The notes below the pieces were generated by a model. It was given only the letters and a program-made list of their open reading frames with translations, did no database searches and was not told the origin of the DNA. The position numbers and the translations under genes were made by a program. A stretch of 64,000 bases of DNA from Candidatus Fermentibacterota bacterium (GTDB lineage: Bacteria; Fermentibacterota; Fermentibacteria; Fermentibacterales; JCC-6), in assembly GCA_963845085.1 (NCBI GenBank), contig CAWJQI010000004.1, positions 96,001 to 160,000 on the forward strand. The letters are read 5' to 3'. This document shows, one piece after another, positions 1-9,214 of this stretch (position 1 is the stretch's first letter; every line of letters begins with the position of its first letter).

Positions 1-57
1 CTCGGGCAGGTGGGTCTTCAACTGGGAGCTCTCAACGCTCCGCATGAGCTGATCCAT
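1..57 (-). CDS. rplS: 50S ribosomal protein L19, N-terminal fragment (runs off window)
   Basis: Reverse strand from ATG at 57 reads MDQLMRSVESSQLKTHLPE; directly follows trmD, as in the conserved rpsP-rimM-trmD-rplS operon. Confidence 0.8.
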   Translation of the reverse strand, partial: MDQLMRSVESSQLKTHLPE

Positions 58-59
58 TT

Positions 60-800
60 CTACTCCTTCGCACGGTCGGCCCGGTGCATCACTTCGCCGA
101 ACCGCTGTTCCCTTTCCTTATCACTCGAACCGTCTTCAAGCAGCTCCGGCCTGACACGCCGGGTTTTTTCCAAAGCAGCCCGGTATCTCCAGGCGATTAT
201 CTCCCTGTGGTTCCCTGAAAGAAGAACATCGGGAACCCCCATGCCGCGGAACTCAGCGGGCCTCGTGTAGCGGGGGTAGTCGAGAAGCCCCGTTGCAAAA
301 CTGTCACTCTCGGCCGACTCGTACCTTCCAAGAACACCCGGGATCCACCTGAACACAGCGTCGAGCAGGAACATTGCGGGCACTTCGCCGCCGCTGACCA
401 CGGTGTCACCGATGCATACTTCGTCGGTCACCGCCTGCCTGAACCTCTCGTCGACCCCGCCGTAACGGCCGCAGAAAACAACAAGCCTGTCCTCGCAGGC
501 AAGCTCCCGTGTGAACCCGGTGTCCAGCCTGCGCCCCTGCGGGCTCATCAGGACCACCCTGGCACCCTGGTGCCACTCCAGGGATTCAAGCGTATCGAAC
601 AGCGGTTCCGGCCTCATTATCATGCCGGCGCCGCCGCCGAACTGGTAATCGTCAACGGAACCCCTGGCATCGACGGGATGATCGCGAATGTCCAGAAGGG
701 ATACGCTGACAATCCCGCCCTTAACCGCTCTGCCCACTACGCCGGTCTCGAGGAACGCCGTGAAAAGCTCGGGAAAAACCGTTGCCACAGCGGCTCTCAC
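60..800 (-). CDS. trmD: tRNA (guanine37-N1)-methyltransferase
   Basis: Motifs VDDYQFGGGAGM, CGRYGGVDER, SGGE, LLDYPRYTRP, LLSGNH. Confidence 0.97.
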   Translation of the reverse strand: MRAAVATVFPELFTAFLETGVVGRAVKGGIVSVSLLDIRDHPVDARGSVDDYQFGGGAGMIMRPEPLFDTLESLEWHQGARVVLMSPQGRRLDTGFTRELACEDRLVVFCGRYGGVDERFRQAVTDEVCIGDTVVSGGEVPAMFLLDAVFRWIPGVLGRYESAESDSFATGLLDYPRYTRPAEFRGMGVPDVLLSGNHREIIAWRYRAALEKTRRVRPELLEDGSSDKEREQRFGEVMHRADRAKE

Positions 801-1297
801 AGATCCTCCAGACCCTCCGGGAGCAGGACCAGAACCTCTCCGGCCTCAAGGTCCACTTTTCCCCTGACCAGCAGGTTCATCGGCGCCATGAAGTGCCCGT
901 TGGGGCCGTCCAGAATCACCTGCGGGTTCACGGGGTTCCACTCCACTTCAATGACCGGGAACCTCCGTTCCCGGGAAACAACATCGAAACCCTGGAACAG
1001 GTATACGGGAAGGGGAAACCCCGGACCCGCAACCTGGGCGGGAAGCGCAAACACCTCTTCGCCCTTCAACTGCAGAGCATCCTCTGAGGTTGTTATGCCA
1101 TCCAGCTCAACGGTGATGGAAACCTGGTCCTTCTCCTTCGAGGACAGAACCCTGAGCTCCCTGTCACCGCAATGCAGGATGGTTCCCGGCGAGAGCGCCA
1201 CTGCGCGCCCCATCACGAACACCCTGAGAACCAGTCTGCCGGTCAGGCCCTGCGGTTTTTCAAAAAAACCGTAGCAGACCAGGCCGGTATCAGTCAA
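797..1297 (-). CDS. rimM: 16S rRNA processing protein RimM (divergent)
   Basis: KPQGLTG N-terminal motif, C-terminal LPEGLEDL, position between khpA and trmD. Confidence 0.85.
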   Translation of the reverse strand: MTDTGLVCYGFFEKPQGLTGRLVLRVFVMGRAVALSPGTILHCGDRELRVLSSKEKDQVSITVELDGITTSEDALQLKGEEVFALPAQVAGPGFPLPVYLFQGFDVVSRERRFPVIEVEWNPVNPQVILDGPNGHFMAPMNLLVRGKVDLEAGEVLVLLPEGLEDL

Positions 1298-1523
1298 TGA
1301 TCTCTATGGTGGCCTTCTCGCCGTTCCTGGCCGCAGCGGAACGAACAATCATCCGCATCGCCTTGGCGATCCGCCCCTCCTTGCCGATGACCCTGCCCAG
1401 ATCGGCCTCCTGGACCCTGAGCTCGTAAACGGTCACGCCTTCCTCATCGGTCTTGACCTCAACGCTCACGCCTTCAGGGTCGGCCACAAGAGTCTTGGCA
1501 ATGTGCTCAACGAGATCCTTCAT
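1290..1523 (-). CDS. khpA: KH-domain RNA-binding protein (KhpA/YlqC)
   Basis: DLGRVIGKEGRIAKAMR KH motif, 77 aa, follows rpsP. Confidence 0.92.
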   Translation of the reverse strand: MKDLVEHIAKTLVADPEGVSVEVKTDEEGVTVYELRVQEADLGRVIGKEGRIAKAMRMIVRSAAARNGEKATIEIID

Positions 1524-1559
1524 GTGAATCCTCCGGTTTCGGGTGTGGGTCGAATTCGC

Positions 1560-1886
1560 TTAAACCTGCGAGGTTCTCTTCTCTCCCTTGATAAACACCA
1601 CCTCGGGAGGGGTTGCCTCCTCGCCGGCCTTTTTTCTGCTCCACTTGGCCATCGTGCCGGTGCGCTTCAGGAGAGCAAGCACGCCGTCGCTGACCTGGGC
1701 GCCATCGCCGAGCCATTTGAAAACCTTTTCCTCGTCGACCTTCAGCTCAAGGGGCTGCTTCAGGGGGTCGTAGTACCCCAGAACCTCGATGAAATTGCCC
1801 CCCTGGGCTTTTCTGGCGTCGGCCGCCACTATTCGGTAGAAGGGTTGCTTGGCGCTTCCCATTCTCCTCAGTCTAATCCTGACCAA
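1560..1886 (-). CDS. rpsP: 30S ribosomal protein S16
   Basis: MVRIRLRRMG..KQPFYRIVAAD..FIEVLGYYDP. Confidence 0.98.
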   Translation of the reverse strand: MVRIRLRRMGSAKQPFYRIVAADARKAQGGNFIEVLGYYDPLKQPLELKVDEEKVFKWLGDGAQVSDGVLALLKRTGTMAKWSRKKAGEEATPPEVVFIKGEKRTSQV

Positions 1887-1905
1887 AAGTCACCTCCGTG
1901 TAGGG

Positions 1906-3237
1906 TCAGCGAAACATGCCCGGGAAGCCTCCACGGACTCCGGGTTTCTTCATGGACTTCATCCTCTTCATCATCTTCTTCATATCCCTGAACTGGGAGA
2001 GAAGCCGGTTCACCTCCGAGACCCGGGTTCCGCTTCCCATGGCAATCCTCTTCCTGCGGCTTCCGCAGATCATATCGGGCCTGCGCCTCTCCTGCGGGGT
2101 CATGGAGCCGATTATTGCCTCCATTCTTGCGAAGGAGCCGGTGTCGACCTCCGCTTCCGCGGGGCGCATTCCCGCAGGCAACATGGCTAGTATATCACCC
2201 AACGAACCCATTTTGCGAATCTTCTTCATCTGCCCCGCAAAGTCCTCGAGTGTGAAATCGTTGTTCCGGAATTTCTTCTCGAGCTTGAGGGCTTCCTCCT
2301 GGTCAAATCCCTCCTGGGCCTTCTCCACAAGCCCCACGACGTCGCCCATTCCAAGGATTCGCCCGGCAAGCCGCCTGGGATCGAAGGCTTCGAGGCCTTC
2401 GACGCCTTCGCCGGTGCCCACGAACTTTATGGGGCGCCCTGTCACCGCGGTGAAGGAGAGGGCCGCACCGCCCCGTGAATCACCGTCCATCTTGGTGAGG
2501 ACCGATCCGGTAAAGCCTGTTCTCTCCTGGAACTTGACCGCCACGTTCACGGCGTCCTGCCCGGTGAGGCCGTCGAGAACAAGGAGAATCTCCTCGGGTT
2601 TCACCGCGTCCCTGACCCTGACGAGCTCGTTCATCAGCTCCTCGTCGACATGAAGACGCCCTGCGGTGTCGACGATCACGGTGTCGTACTGCTGAAGCCT
2701 GGCCTGGTTCAGCGCCTCGCGGGCAACCGCTGCAGGATCCTTTGCCGACCGGTTGCAGTAGAATCCCGCTCCCGCCTTGCCGGCCATGATCTCAAGCTGG
2801 TCGATGGCCGCCGGCCGCTGGAGGTCGCACGCGACAAGAAGGCTTCTGCGGTTCTTCTTCTTAGCAAGCCACCAGGCGAGCCTTGCTGCGGTTGTGGTTT
2901 TACCTGAGCCCTGCAGACCGCAGAGCAGCACCACATGGGGAGGGCTGCCTGTAAACGATATGGATGAAGGAACGGAGCCCAGAAGCTCGACAAGTTGGTC
3001 GTGGACGATCTTGACAACCTGCTGGCCGGGGGAAAGGCTTTTCAGAACCTTTTCACCGACGGCCTTCTCACGGGCCTCGGCAACGAACCTGCCCGCGACC
3101 TTGAAGTTGACATCGGCTTCGAGGAGCGCTCTGCGGATCTCCCTCATGGCATCGGAGATGTTGCCCTCGGTGAGCACACCCCTGCCGCTCAGGGTCCTGA
3201 AGGTTTCTGAAAGTCTCTCCGCAAGCCTGTCAAACAC
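1906..3237 (-). CDS. ffh: Signal recognition particle protein Ffh
   Basis: ALLEADV, GLQGSGKTTT, DTAGR, TKMDG, RILGMGD, M-domain; GTG start at 3237 preferred. Confidence 0.98.
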   Translation of the reverse strand: MFDRLAERLSETFRTLSGRGVLTEGNISDAMREIRRALLEADVNFKVAGRFVAEAREKAVGEKVLKSLSPGQQVVKIVHDQLVELLGSVPSSISFTGSPPHVVLLCGLQGSGKTTTAARLAWWLAKKKNRRSLLVACDLQRPAAIDQLEIMAGKAGAGFYCNRSAKDPAAVAREALNQARLQQYDTVIVDTAGRLHVDEELMNELVRVRDAVKPEEILLVLDGLTGQDAVNVAVKFQERTGFTGSVLTKMDGDSRGGAALSFTAVTGRPIKFVGTGEGVEGLEAFDPRRLAGRILGMGDVVGLVEKAQEGFDQEEALKLEKKFRNNDFTLEDFAGQMKKIRKMGSLGDILAMLPAGMRPAEAEVDTGSFARMEAIIGSMTPQERRRPDMICGSRRKRIAMGSGTRVSEVNRLLSQFRDMKKMMKRMKSMKKPGVRGGFPGMFR

Positions 3238-3338
3238 TTGTGCGCCTTTCAACTTCCCGGGGCACACCTATACCCCTTCGAAAGTACGCAACTATACTTC
3301 ACGGGGAATGCATATTCAAGTGCCTGAAAGGTCCGGAG

Positions 3339-3668
3339 CTACTCCTCCATCAGGAGTATGGAACCGTGTCCCGCAGGGCAGGACAGCGTTCGCTCTTCGT
3401 CGTCGATCTCGAGCACATACCTTTCTGCCGACACCGGACACACGAGAAGAGAGTCGGGAAGCGCTGTCCGTAGCAACTCATCGGTTACGACGCGCTGATC
3501 GTTGTCGTACTCCCAGCTCATGAGATCGTATGCTGCCTTGTCGAGAACGGCCCTGCAGCGGTTCGCGTCGAGACGTGCGCGGAAGTCATCGATGGTGGTG
3601 AGTTCGGTCTGCTCCCCGCAGGCGGCGAGCAGCAGAAGGGCGGCAAGAGACGCAAGAACAAGCCTCAT
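3339..3668 (-). CDS. Hypothetical lipoprotein
   Basis: Lipobox LAAC after a hydrophobic signal; ATGA overlap with rpe stop; C-terminal CP..C..HG. Confidence 0.7.
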   Translation of the reverse strand: MRLVLASLAALLLLAACGEQTELTTIDDFRARLDANRCRAVLDKAAYDLMSWEYDNDQRVVTDELLRTALPDSLLVCPVSAERYVLEIDDEERTLSCPAGHGSILLMEE

Positions 3669-4328
3669 GAAACACCCCTTAGTGATGCGATCATTTTAGC
3701 GGGGTCGGAGGCCCCCGTGATGAATGTACCACTGGCAAGCACCGATGCTCCGGCTTCGATCAGAGCCCCGGCGTTCTGATCGGTTACGCCCCCGTCGACG
3801 GAGACGTGTGCGGAACGGTTGCCGCATGCATCGAGCATCTCACGCACAGCTCTGACCTTGGAAGGCGTGGAAGGGATGAAGGACTGCCCGCCGTAACCCG
3901 GGTTGACCGCCATCACGAGAACAAGGTCGAGTCTGGGAGCCATCCACCGAATGACTTCGGGCGATGTTCCGGGGTTCAGTGCAAGCCCTGCAAGGCAGCC
4001 AAGCTCCCGGATCCTCATGAGAAGCCTGTCCGGGTGCTTCTCGGAGGATTCGGGATGAAAAGTGATGCACCTGCAGCCCGCAGAGGCGAACGCCTCAACC
4101 AGGGTGGCAGGATGCTCGACCATGAGATGGGCATCGACGGGTATGCCAACGCTGCCGCAAATGGAGCGGGCCGTTCCCGCGCCGAACGTGAGGACCGGAA
4201 CGAAAACCCCGTCCATTACATCGAGGTGAATCCAGTCGGCGCCGGCCTTCTCCATCGCCAGCAGCAGCCCCGGCCAGCCGTCCGTGGTCGCAGCCGAGAA
4301 GAGACGGGGCGACTACCAGGCTCCCCAT
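3665..4328 (-). CDS. rpe: Ribulose-phosphate 3-epimerase, one-base frameshift near 4260
   Basis: HLDVMDG, DAHLMV, VMAVNPGYGGQ, VDGG in ORF 3665-4255; N-terminus MGSLVVAPSLL lies in another frame (4328 start). Confidence 0.92.
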
Positions 4329-5077
4329 GTGGAGTCCGCCCTTCCGACAACCACCCTCACGGTGTCGCCATCCTGGTACATCGTGCCGCCTGCGGGGGTC
4401 TGCTCTATAATCCGTCCCGTCAAACCGGGATCTGCCACCATTCTGTTCTCAACAATCACCATGAAAAGCCCGCGTGCGTAAAGCAGGCTGTCAGCTTCAA
4501 CCTCGGACAAGCCCGAGAGGACCGGCATTCCCGTCCATCCCGTACTCACAAGAAGCCTGACGGTGCGTCTGACCGACAGGCTGTCGGGGAACCACGGGGA
4601 CGCCGAGATCACCCTTCCCTCGGGAACCGTCGGGTGTGGGACCCTTGTTCTTCCCCCGTTGTAGAGCTGCCAGTCAGCAACGAGCTCCTCGGCTTCCCCG
4701 GCGCTGAGACCCACGAGCTGCTCGGGAAAATACGGCCTGTAAAGCGGGCCGACGTTCCAGAACACATTCACGGGGGCGCCCCTGGGAACCTCGGTGCCGG
4801 GAGGCGGGTCCTGCCTTGTCACAAGCCCCATCGTCTCGAAATCTCCGTACTCGCTCCACTCCCCTGCAAGAAGGAGATTGCCTGATTCAATGACGCGCCG
4901 GGCATCCTGCCTCGAAAGGCCCACAACATCCGGAACCGCAACCGGCGCTGATGAATAGCCCATTGAGGAGATGAACACGGGCGTGCGGAACACCGCGGGC
5001 GCGGCAAGGCTTCCCGCGAGAAAACCCGTAACCATCCCGACAGTGATCAGAAGCACAATTGCGAGAGCCCTGTTCAA
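4313..5077 (-). CDS. PASTA-domain membrane-anchored protein (about 3 PASTA repeats)
   Basis: N-terminal TM; VPDVVGLS..QDPPPGT, EQLVGLS, MPVLSGLS..EQTPAGGT repeats. Confidence 0.85.
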   Translation of the reverse strand: MNRALAIVLLITVGMVTGFLAGSLAAPAVFRTPVFISSMGYSSAPVAVPDVVGLSRQDARRVIESGNLLLAGEWSEYGDFETMGLVTRQDPPPGTEVPRGAPVNVFWNVGPLYRPYFPEQLVGLSAGEAEELVADWQLYNGGRTRVPHPTVPEGRVISASPWFPDSLSVRRTVRLLVSTGWTGMPVLSGLSEVEADSLLYARGLFMVIVENRMVADPGLTGRIIEQTPAGGTMYQDGDTVRVVVGRADSTWGAW

Positions 5078-5128
5078 AACATCCCCTTCGACTGACTCAT
5101 GAAATATGCGGGTTCACCGCGCTGAAAC

Positions 5129-5581
5129 CTACCCCTTGAGAAGCCGGTCGAGCTCCACCCGGAACTCGGACACATCCTTGAACTGGCGATAGACTGATGC
5201 AAACCGCACATATGCAACCTGGTCGAGGTCGTGAAGCAGGTCCATGATGCTCTGTCCAATAAGAACGGCCGGAACCTCCTCCGGTGAATCCTCAGTAACC
5301 CTGGCGATCACCCTGTCCACAAGGTCCCTGATGTCGGAGGCGCTGATCGGCCTCTTCTCGCAGGCGCGGGAGATCCCCTTCTCAAGTTTGACCGGATCGA
5401 AGGGTTCCCTGGTCCCGTTGCGCTTCACGACCACCGGGTATGACGTTTCGATGTACTCGTAGGTTGTGAACCTGTGCCCGCACTCGTTGCACTCCCGCCG
5501 CCGACGGGTCGCCCGGCCCTCTTTGACGGACCTGGAATCGACCACCCTGTCATTGTTGCTCGCACACCTGGGGCATTTCAT
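5129..5581 (-). CDS. nrdR: Transcriptional repressor NrdR
   Basis: MKCPRC..VVDSR..RRRRECNECGHRFTTYE, ATP cone, VAYVRFASVYRQF. Confidence 0.98.
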   Translation of the reverse strand: MKCPRCASNNDRVVDSRSVKEGRATRRRRECNECGHRFTTYEYIETSYPVVVKRNGTREPFDPVKLEKGISRACEKRPISASDIRDLVDRVIARVTEDSPEEVPAVLIGQSIMDLLHDLDQVAYVRFASVYRQFKDVSEFRVELDRLLKG

Positions 5582-5628
5582 GGGCATTACACTGCTGCGC
5601 CGGGCGTGTTCCGTCAAGAGAAGCTTTC

Positions 5629-5657
5629 TTGACGGTTAGAGCGCAACCGGGTAGATT
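5629..5657 (+). promoter_or_regulatory. Sigma70-type promoter of the tRNA cluster
   Basis: TTGACG-17 nt-TAGATT, 13 nt upstream of tRNA-His. Confidence 0.7.
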
Positions 5658-5669
5658 CCCGGGCACTAC

Positions 5670-5746
5670 GGTGGGAGTAGTTCAGTTGGTAGAGCCCTTG
5701 ACTGTGGATCAAGTGGTCGCCGGTTCAAGTCCGGTCTCCCACCCCA
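5670..5746 (+). tRNA. tRNA-His(GTG)
   Basis: Cloverleaf; anticodon arm CTTGA-CTGTGGA-TCAAG; G-1 with C discriminator; encoded CCA. Confidence 0.96.
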
Positions 5747-5750
5747 CGAT

Positions 5751-5825
5751 GCGTCCCTGGCTCAATGGTAGAGCAGCGGACTCTTAATCCGCGGGTTCCG
5801 GGTTCGAGTCCCGGGGGGCGTACCA
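5751..5825 (+). tRNA. tRNA-Lys(CTT)
   Basis: Anticodon arm GCGGA-CTCTTAA-TCCGC; GGTTCGAGTCCC; CCA. Confidence 0.96.
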
Positions 5826-5863
5826 GATGGGGCACCGGAAACGGTGCCCCAACCAATTCCGAT

Positions 5864-5940
<77 letters not shown>

Positions 5941-5955
5941 GGACTGCTATCTCGG

Positions 5956-7164
5956 CTATATCTTCCGCAAGGCTTCAAGCAATTCCATCGGTTCCATGGA
6001 GAGCACTGTCTCAAGGGCCAGCCCTCCCTTGCCGATGAGCAGTATCCTGGCCTTCGGGTACTTTCTTTTAAACATGATCATTCCCGACCTTGCGTGCTCT
6101 CTGCCGCCTCCGTAACATTCGATTCCGACCAGCATATCGCGGCTTGAAACTACGAAGTCCACTTCACTTCCTCCGGCATTCCAGTAGCCAAGATCGAATT
6201 CAGGAGCGTGTGTGACAAAGCGGTAGAGAAATCCTCCAAGAGATGTTTCCACAATCCTCCCCATAACTCCGGGATCGAATCTCATGGCATTCTCATCAAC
6301 TCCCAGAACTGCATTTGTCAGTGCAGTATTCAAAGGCAGGAGCTTTGGGCTGGAGGCCCTTTGTCGCAATGCACTGCCGGAATACTTTCCGAGACCTGCG
6401 ACAAGCCCGGCGCTCTCGAGAAGGTTCAGATAGTGGGCGAGCGTCGTCGTGTTGCCGGCATCCTGAAGCTGCCCAAGCATCTTTGTGTAGGAAACGGTTT
6501 GACTCGGGTACCGGCAGGCCAGCATGAACAGGTTTCGAAGGAGAATCGGCTTTTCCACCCTGTTCATCATCAGGACGTCCCTTGAAATGGAAGTTTCGAT
6601 CAGCGAGTCAAGAATGTAGCTTCTGAATCTCTGAAAATCGTTGATGAGATCAGCTGCTCCGGGGTATCCGCCAAAAACCAGGTACTGCTGAAGCGTATAG
6701 CCAAAGGCTTCTTTCATTTCGGAGTATTCCCAGTGCCCCATGCGGATAACCTCGAATCTGCCAGCAAGGCTTTCGGTCAGACCGGCCTGCATGAGCAGCG
6801 GAGAGGAACCCAGCAGTACAACAAAAAGGCGATCCGGTCTTTCCAGCTCATCATCCCAGAGACCTTTGACGGTCTCCGACCAGCCCGGAACCTTCTGAAC
6901 TTCGTCCAGAACCAGAATTGTCCTGCCACCTGAGCTTCCCATCCTGGCTGCATTCCAGCAGGATTCCACCCATGTTCTGTCTCCAGGAGCAGGAAAATCC
7001 GCAGAGTTGTAGAAAACCTTCCCGCCGTCCTCCCGAAGAGTCTCCAACACCTGGCGGACCATGGTGGTTTTCCCAACCTGCCTGGGTCCCGAAACAACCT
7101 GAATTCTTGATGGCTGCCCTCTGAGCCTTGAGAGCAGTGTTCCGTAAGTGCTTCTTCTAAACAC
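5956..7164 (-). CDS. AAA+ ATPase, AAA_14/DUF4143 family, with C-terminal PD-(D/E)XK-like domain
   Basis: [38 protein letters not shown]. Confidence 0.88.
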   Translation of the reverse strand: MFRRSTYGTLLSRLRGQPSRIQVVSGPRQVGKTTMVRQVLETLREDGGKVFYNSADFPAPGDRTWVESCWNAARMGSSGGRTILVLDEVQKVPGWSETVKGLWDDELERPDRLFVVLLGSSPLLMQAGLTESLAGRFEVIRMGHWEYSEMKEAFGYTLQQYLVFGGYPGAADLINDFQRFRSYILDSLIETSISRDVLMMNRVEKPILLRNLFMLACRYPSQTVSYTKMLGQLQDAGNTTTLAHYLNLLESAGLVAGLGKYSGSALRQRASSPKLLPLNTALTNAVLGVDENAMRFDPGVMGRIVETSLGGFLYRFVTHAPEFDLGYWNAGGSEVDFVVSSRDMLVGIECYGGGREHARSGMIMFKRKYPKARILLIGKGGLALETVLSMEPMELLEALRKI

Positions 7165-7174
7165 GTTACTCCTC

Positions 7175-7224
7175 TTTACTCATTGCACTGAGTAAATTTA
7201 CTCAATGTACTGAGTAAATGTCAA
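7175..7224 (-). promoter_or_regulatory. Promoter overlapped by two tandem 22-bp palindromes (TTTACTCA-N6-TGAGTAAA)
   Basis: Palindromes at 7175-7196 and 7197-7218; TTGACA on the minus strand at 7219-7224. Confidence 0.75.
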
Positions 7225-7373
7225 ATCCGCCGGGGGCTCTTTTAAGCTCATGTGTTTCAAAGAAGCCAATTACGCTGACCATCGATCAAACGCGCATGAT
7301 CGATCACGGCATGGCTTTCGGCCCTGAGCGCAAGCGCCTTATCACACGATCTGCAAGTTCCCCTGCCTAATGC

Positions 7374-9075
7374 CTACCGCAACAGGCACACCGACTTCGA
7401 TGCGGTTCCCATGGGACCCGAGACGCGAATGGCGTATATGCCAGCGGGCAGAAGGCACCCGGAATCGTCAGCCCCATCCCAGGACAGGGTCTGCGGACCA
7501 GTCGTGAACTCACCGCTTCCGATGGTTCTCACAAGCCTTCCCGCGAGGTTGAAGACCTGAACGGAATAGTGGCCGGACTGCAACGGCTCGAAGGACACCG
7601 CCGTACCTGAGGCAAAGGGGTTCGGGCTGACATCGAGGGCCAGGTTCCGGGGGTCTCGGGGATCCGTCCCGATTCCGGTCTGCGTCACAGTGAACTGGAT
7701 GGTGTCGCTTGCGGCAACGGCACCCCCCGACCATGAGTCGATGATGAGTTCGTTGCTGCCGACATCGGCGAAGAGATCGTTTCGGTAGGTCCACTTCAGG
7801 CCCGTGCCGAACGCGTAGAGGCTGTCGTCCGAAGCGGCGATGTACATCACACCGTCGGTGATGGCAGGGCTGCCGGCAATCCCGCAACCGCTGGTGGCGG
7901 TTTCATAACTCCAGATCTCCTGCCCCGTCTCCTCGTCAACCGCACGGATGAACGCAGTCGGATCCGACTGCGTGAGTTCTCCCCAGAAAACCAAGCCATC
8001 TGCGATTCCGGGGGACCCATGAAGATAGTCGTTGCCCTTGGGTATCTGGAATTCCCACTCCATAACGGCGGAAAGAGCGTCCATAGAGATCACCCTGTTG
8101 GGGGGTGGTGATGAAACGATGCCGTAGAACAGCTTGCTGTCATGGTAAGCCGTGGTCGACGTGATCCCGACCGTGCCCCGGGCTTTGCCAGACAATCGAA
8201 CCGTCAGAGGCATCGATGGCGAACAGAATGTCGTCGAACATGCTGCCAATGTAGATGACACCGTCAACCAGGCATGGGGACGAGTCCCAGAAACCCCCGC
8301 ACTCGAAGAACCAGACGATCTCGCCGGTTTCGGTGTCAAGGGCGGTGAGTCCGCTCATCCCCGGTACGAACAGAAGGCCGTTCCAGGCAGTCATGACACC
8401 GAAGCAGTTGATGAAATCCGATGATCTCCAGATCTCCTGTCCGGTCAGGATGTCAAGTGCATGTACGTAGTAGCATGATGCGAAGACCATGTCATCGTAT
8501 ACGGCGGGAGGCCCTTGAAAGTAAATGTCCGGCCCGGAACCCCACCCGAATTCCCAGACCCTGGCACCTGTTTGAGCATCGAGGCAGTACACGGAATCAG
8601 CCGCAAAATATGCGAACCCGTCCTGGACATGCATGCCATCATCTACATAGGACCCTAAAACCTCGAAACGCCAGATCTCTGCGCCCGTTGCGACGTCGAG
8701 GCAGAAAGCGGTCTGCTGCTCCGTCGAAACGAAGTACACCCTTCCATCGACAATTACAGGTGTGGCGAACTCATGTTCCGATCCGGTGACGGGTGCTGTC
8801 CACATCACCGTGTTGTCGTGCGGCGCCGGAGATTCGGAGTAACCCGTACGGCAGTCGTTCGCCATGTAGGTGTACCAGTCGGTGACAAGCCGTGGAACAG
8901 GAGCGAACGGCTCCCCGTTCAGGGAGAAGACGACCGAGTCGGGCAGTTCGTTGTCGTTCTCGACAATTGCTTTCAATGTGAGCCAGCTGCCGTCGTAGAT
9001 GCCCCCGTCCTGGGGTTCAACGATGCAGACATCGACGGCCGACATTGCTGCGAGCACAAAAATGCAAATACTCAT
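7374..9075 (-). CDS. Secreted PQQ-like (BamB-type) beta-propeller protein with FlgD-Ig/T9SS-like C-terminal domain; one-base frameshift near 8180
   Basis: Repeated LD..TG.E.W and S(S)P motifs across ORFs 8140-9168 and 7374-8339, joined by removing one base of the minus-strand CCCGGGG run; tail PNPF..FNLAGRLV..GIY. Confidence 0.8.
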
Positions 9076-9214
9076 TTGTCCTCCCTTCGCCGGATCGCCA
9101 GTTCGGTCTGCACTGTAAAATCCACCAACAGGAAGGCAGTCCGCGCATGGAAACAACGCAACGCTCAAACGCCTCGGAACCTGCCGTTCAGGGGTTCATC
9201 CGCTTTTGCAGGGC

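Noticed and set aside
5829..5850. Hairpin GGGGCACCG-GAAA-CGGTGCCCC between tRNAs, containing GGTGCCCC like the att core
   Set aside because: Lacks the downstream TGGA...GAAC half; best explained as an ordinary tRNA spacer hairpin
7225..7373. Possible att scar for tRNA-Arg(TCT) and ATCGATCA..TGATCGAT palindrome
   Set aside because: No convincing match to the tRNA 3' end; the short palindrome may be chance
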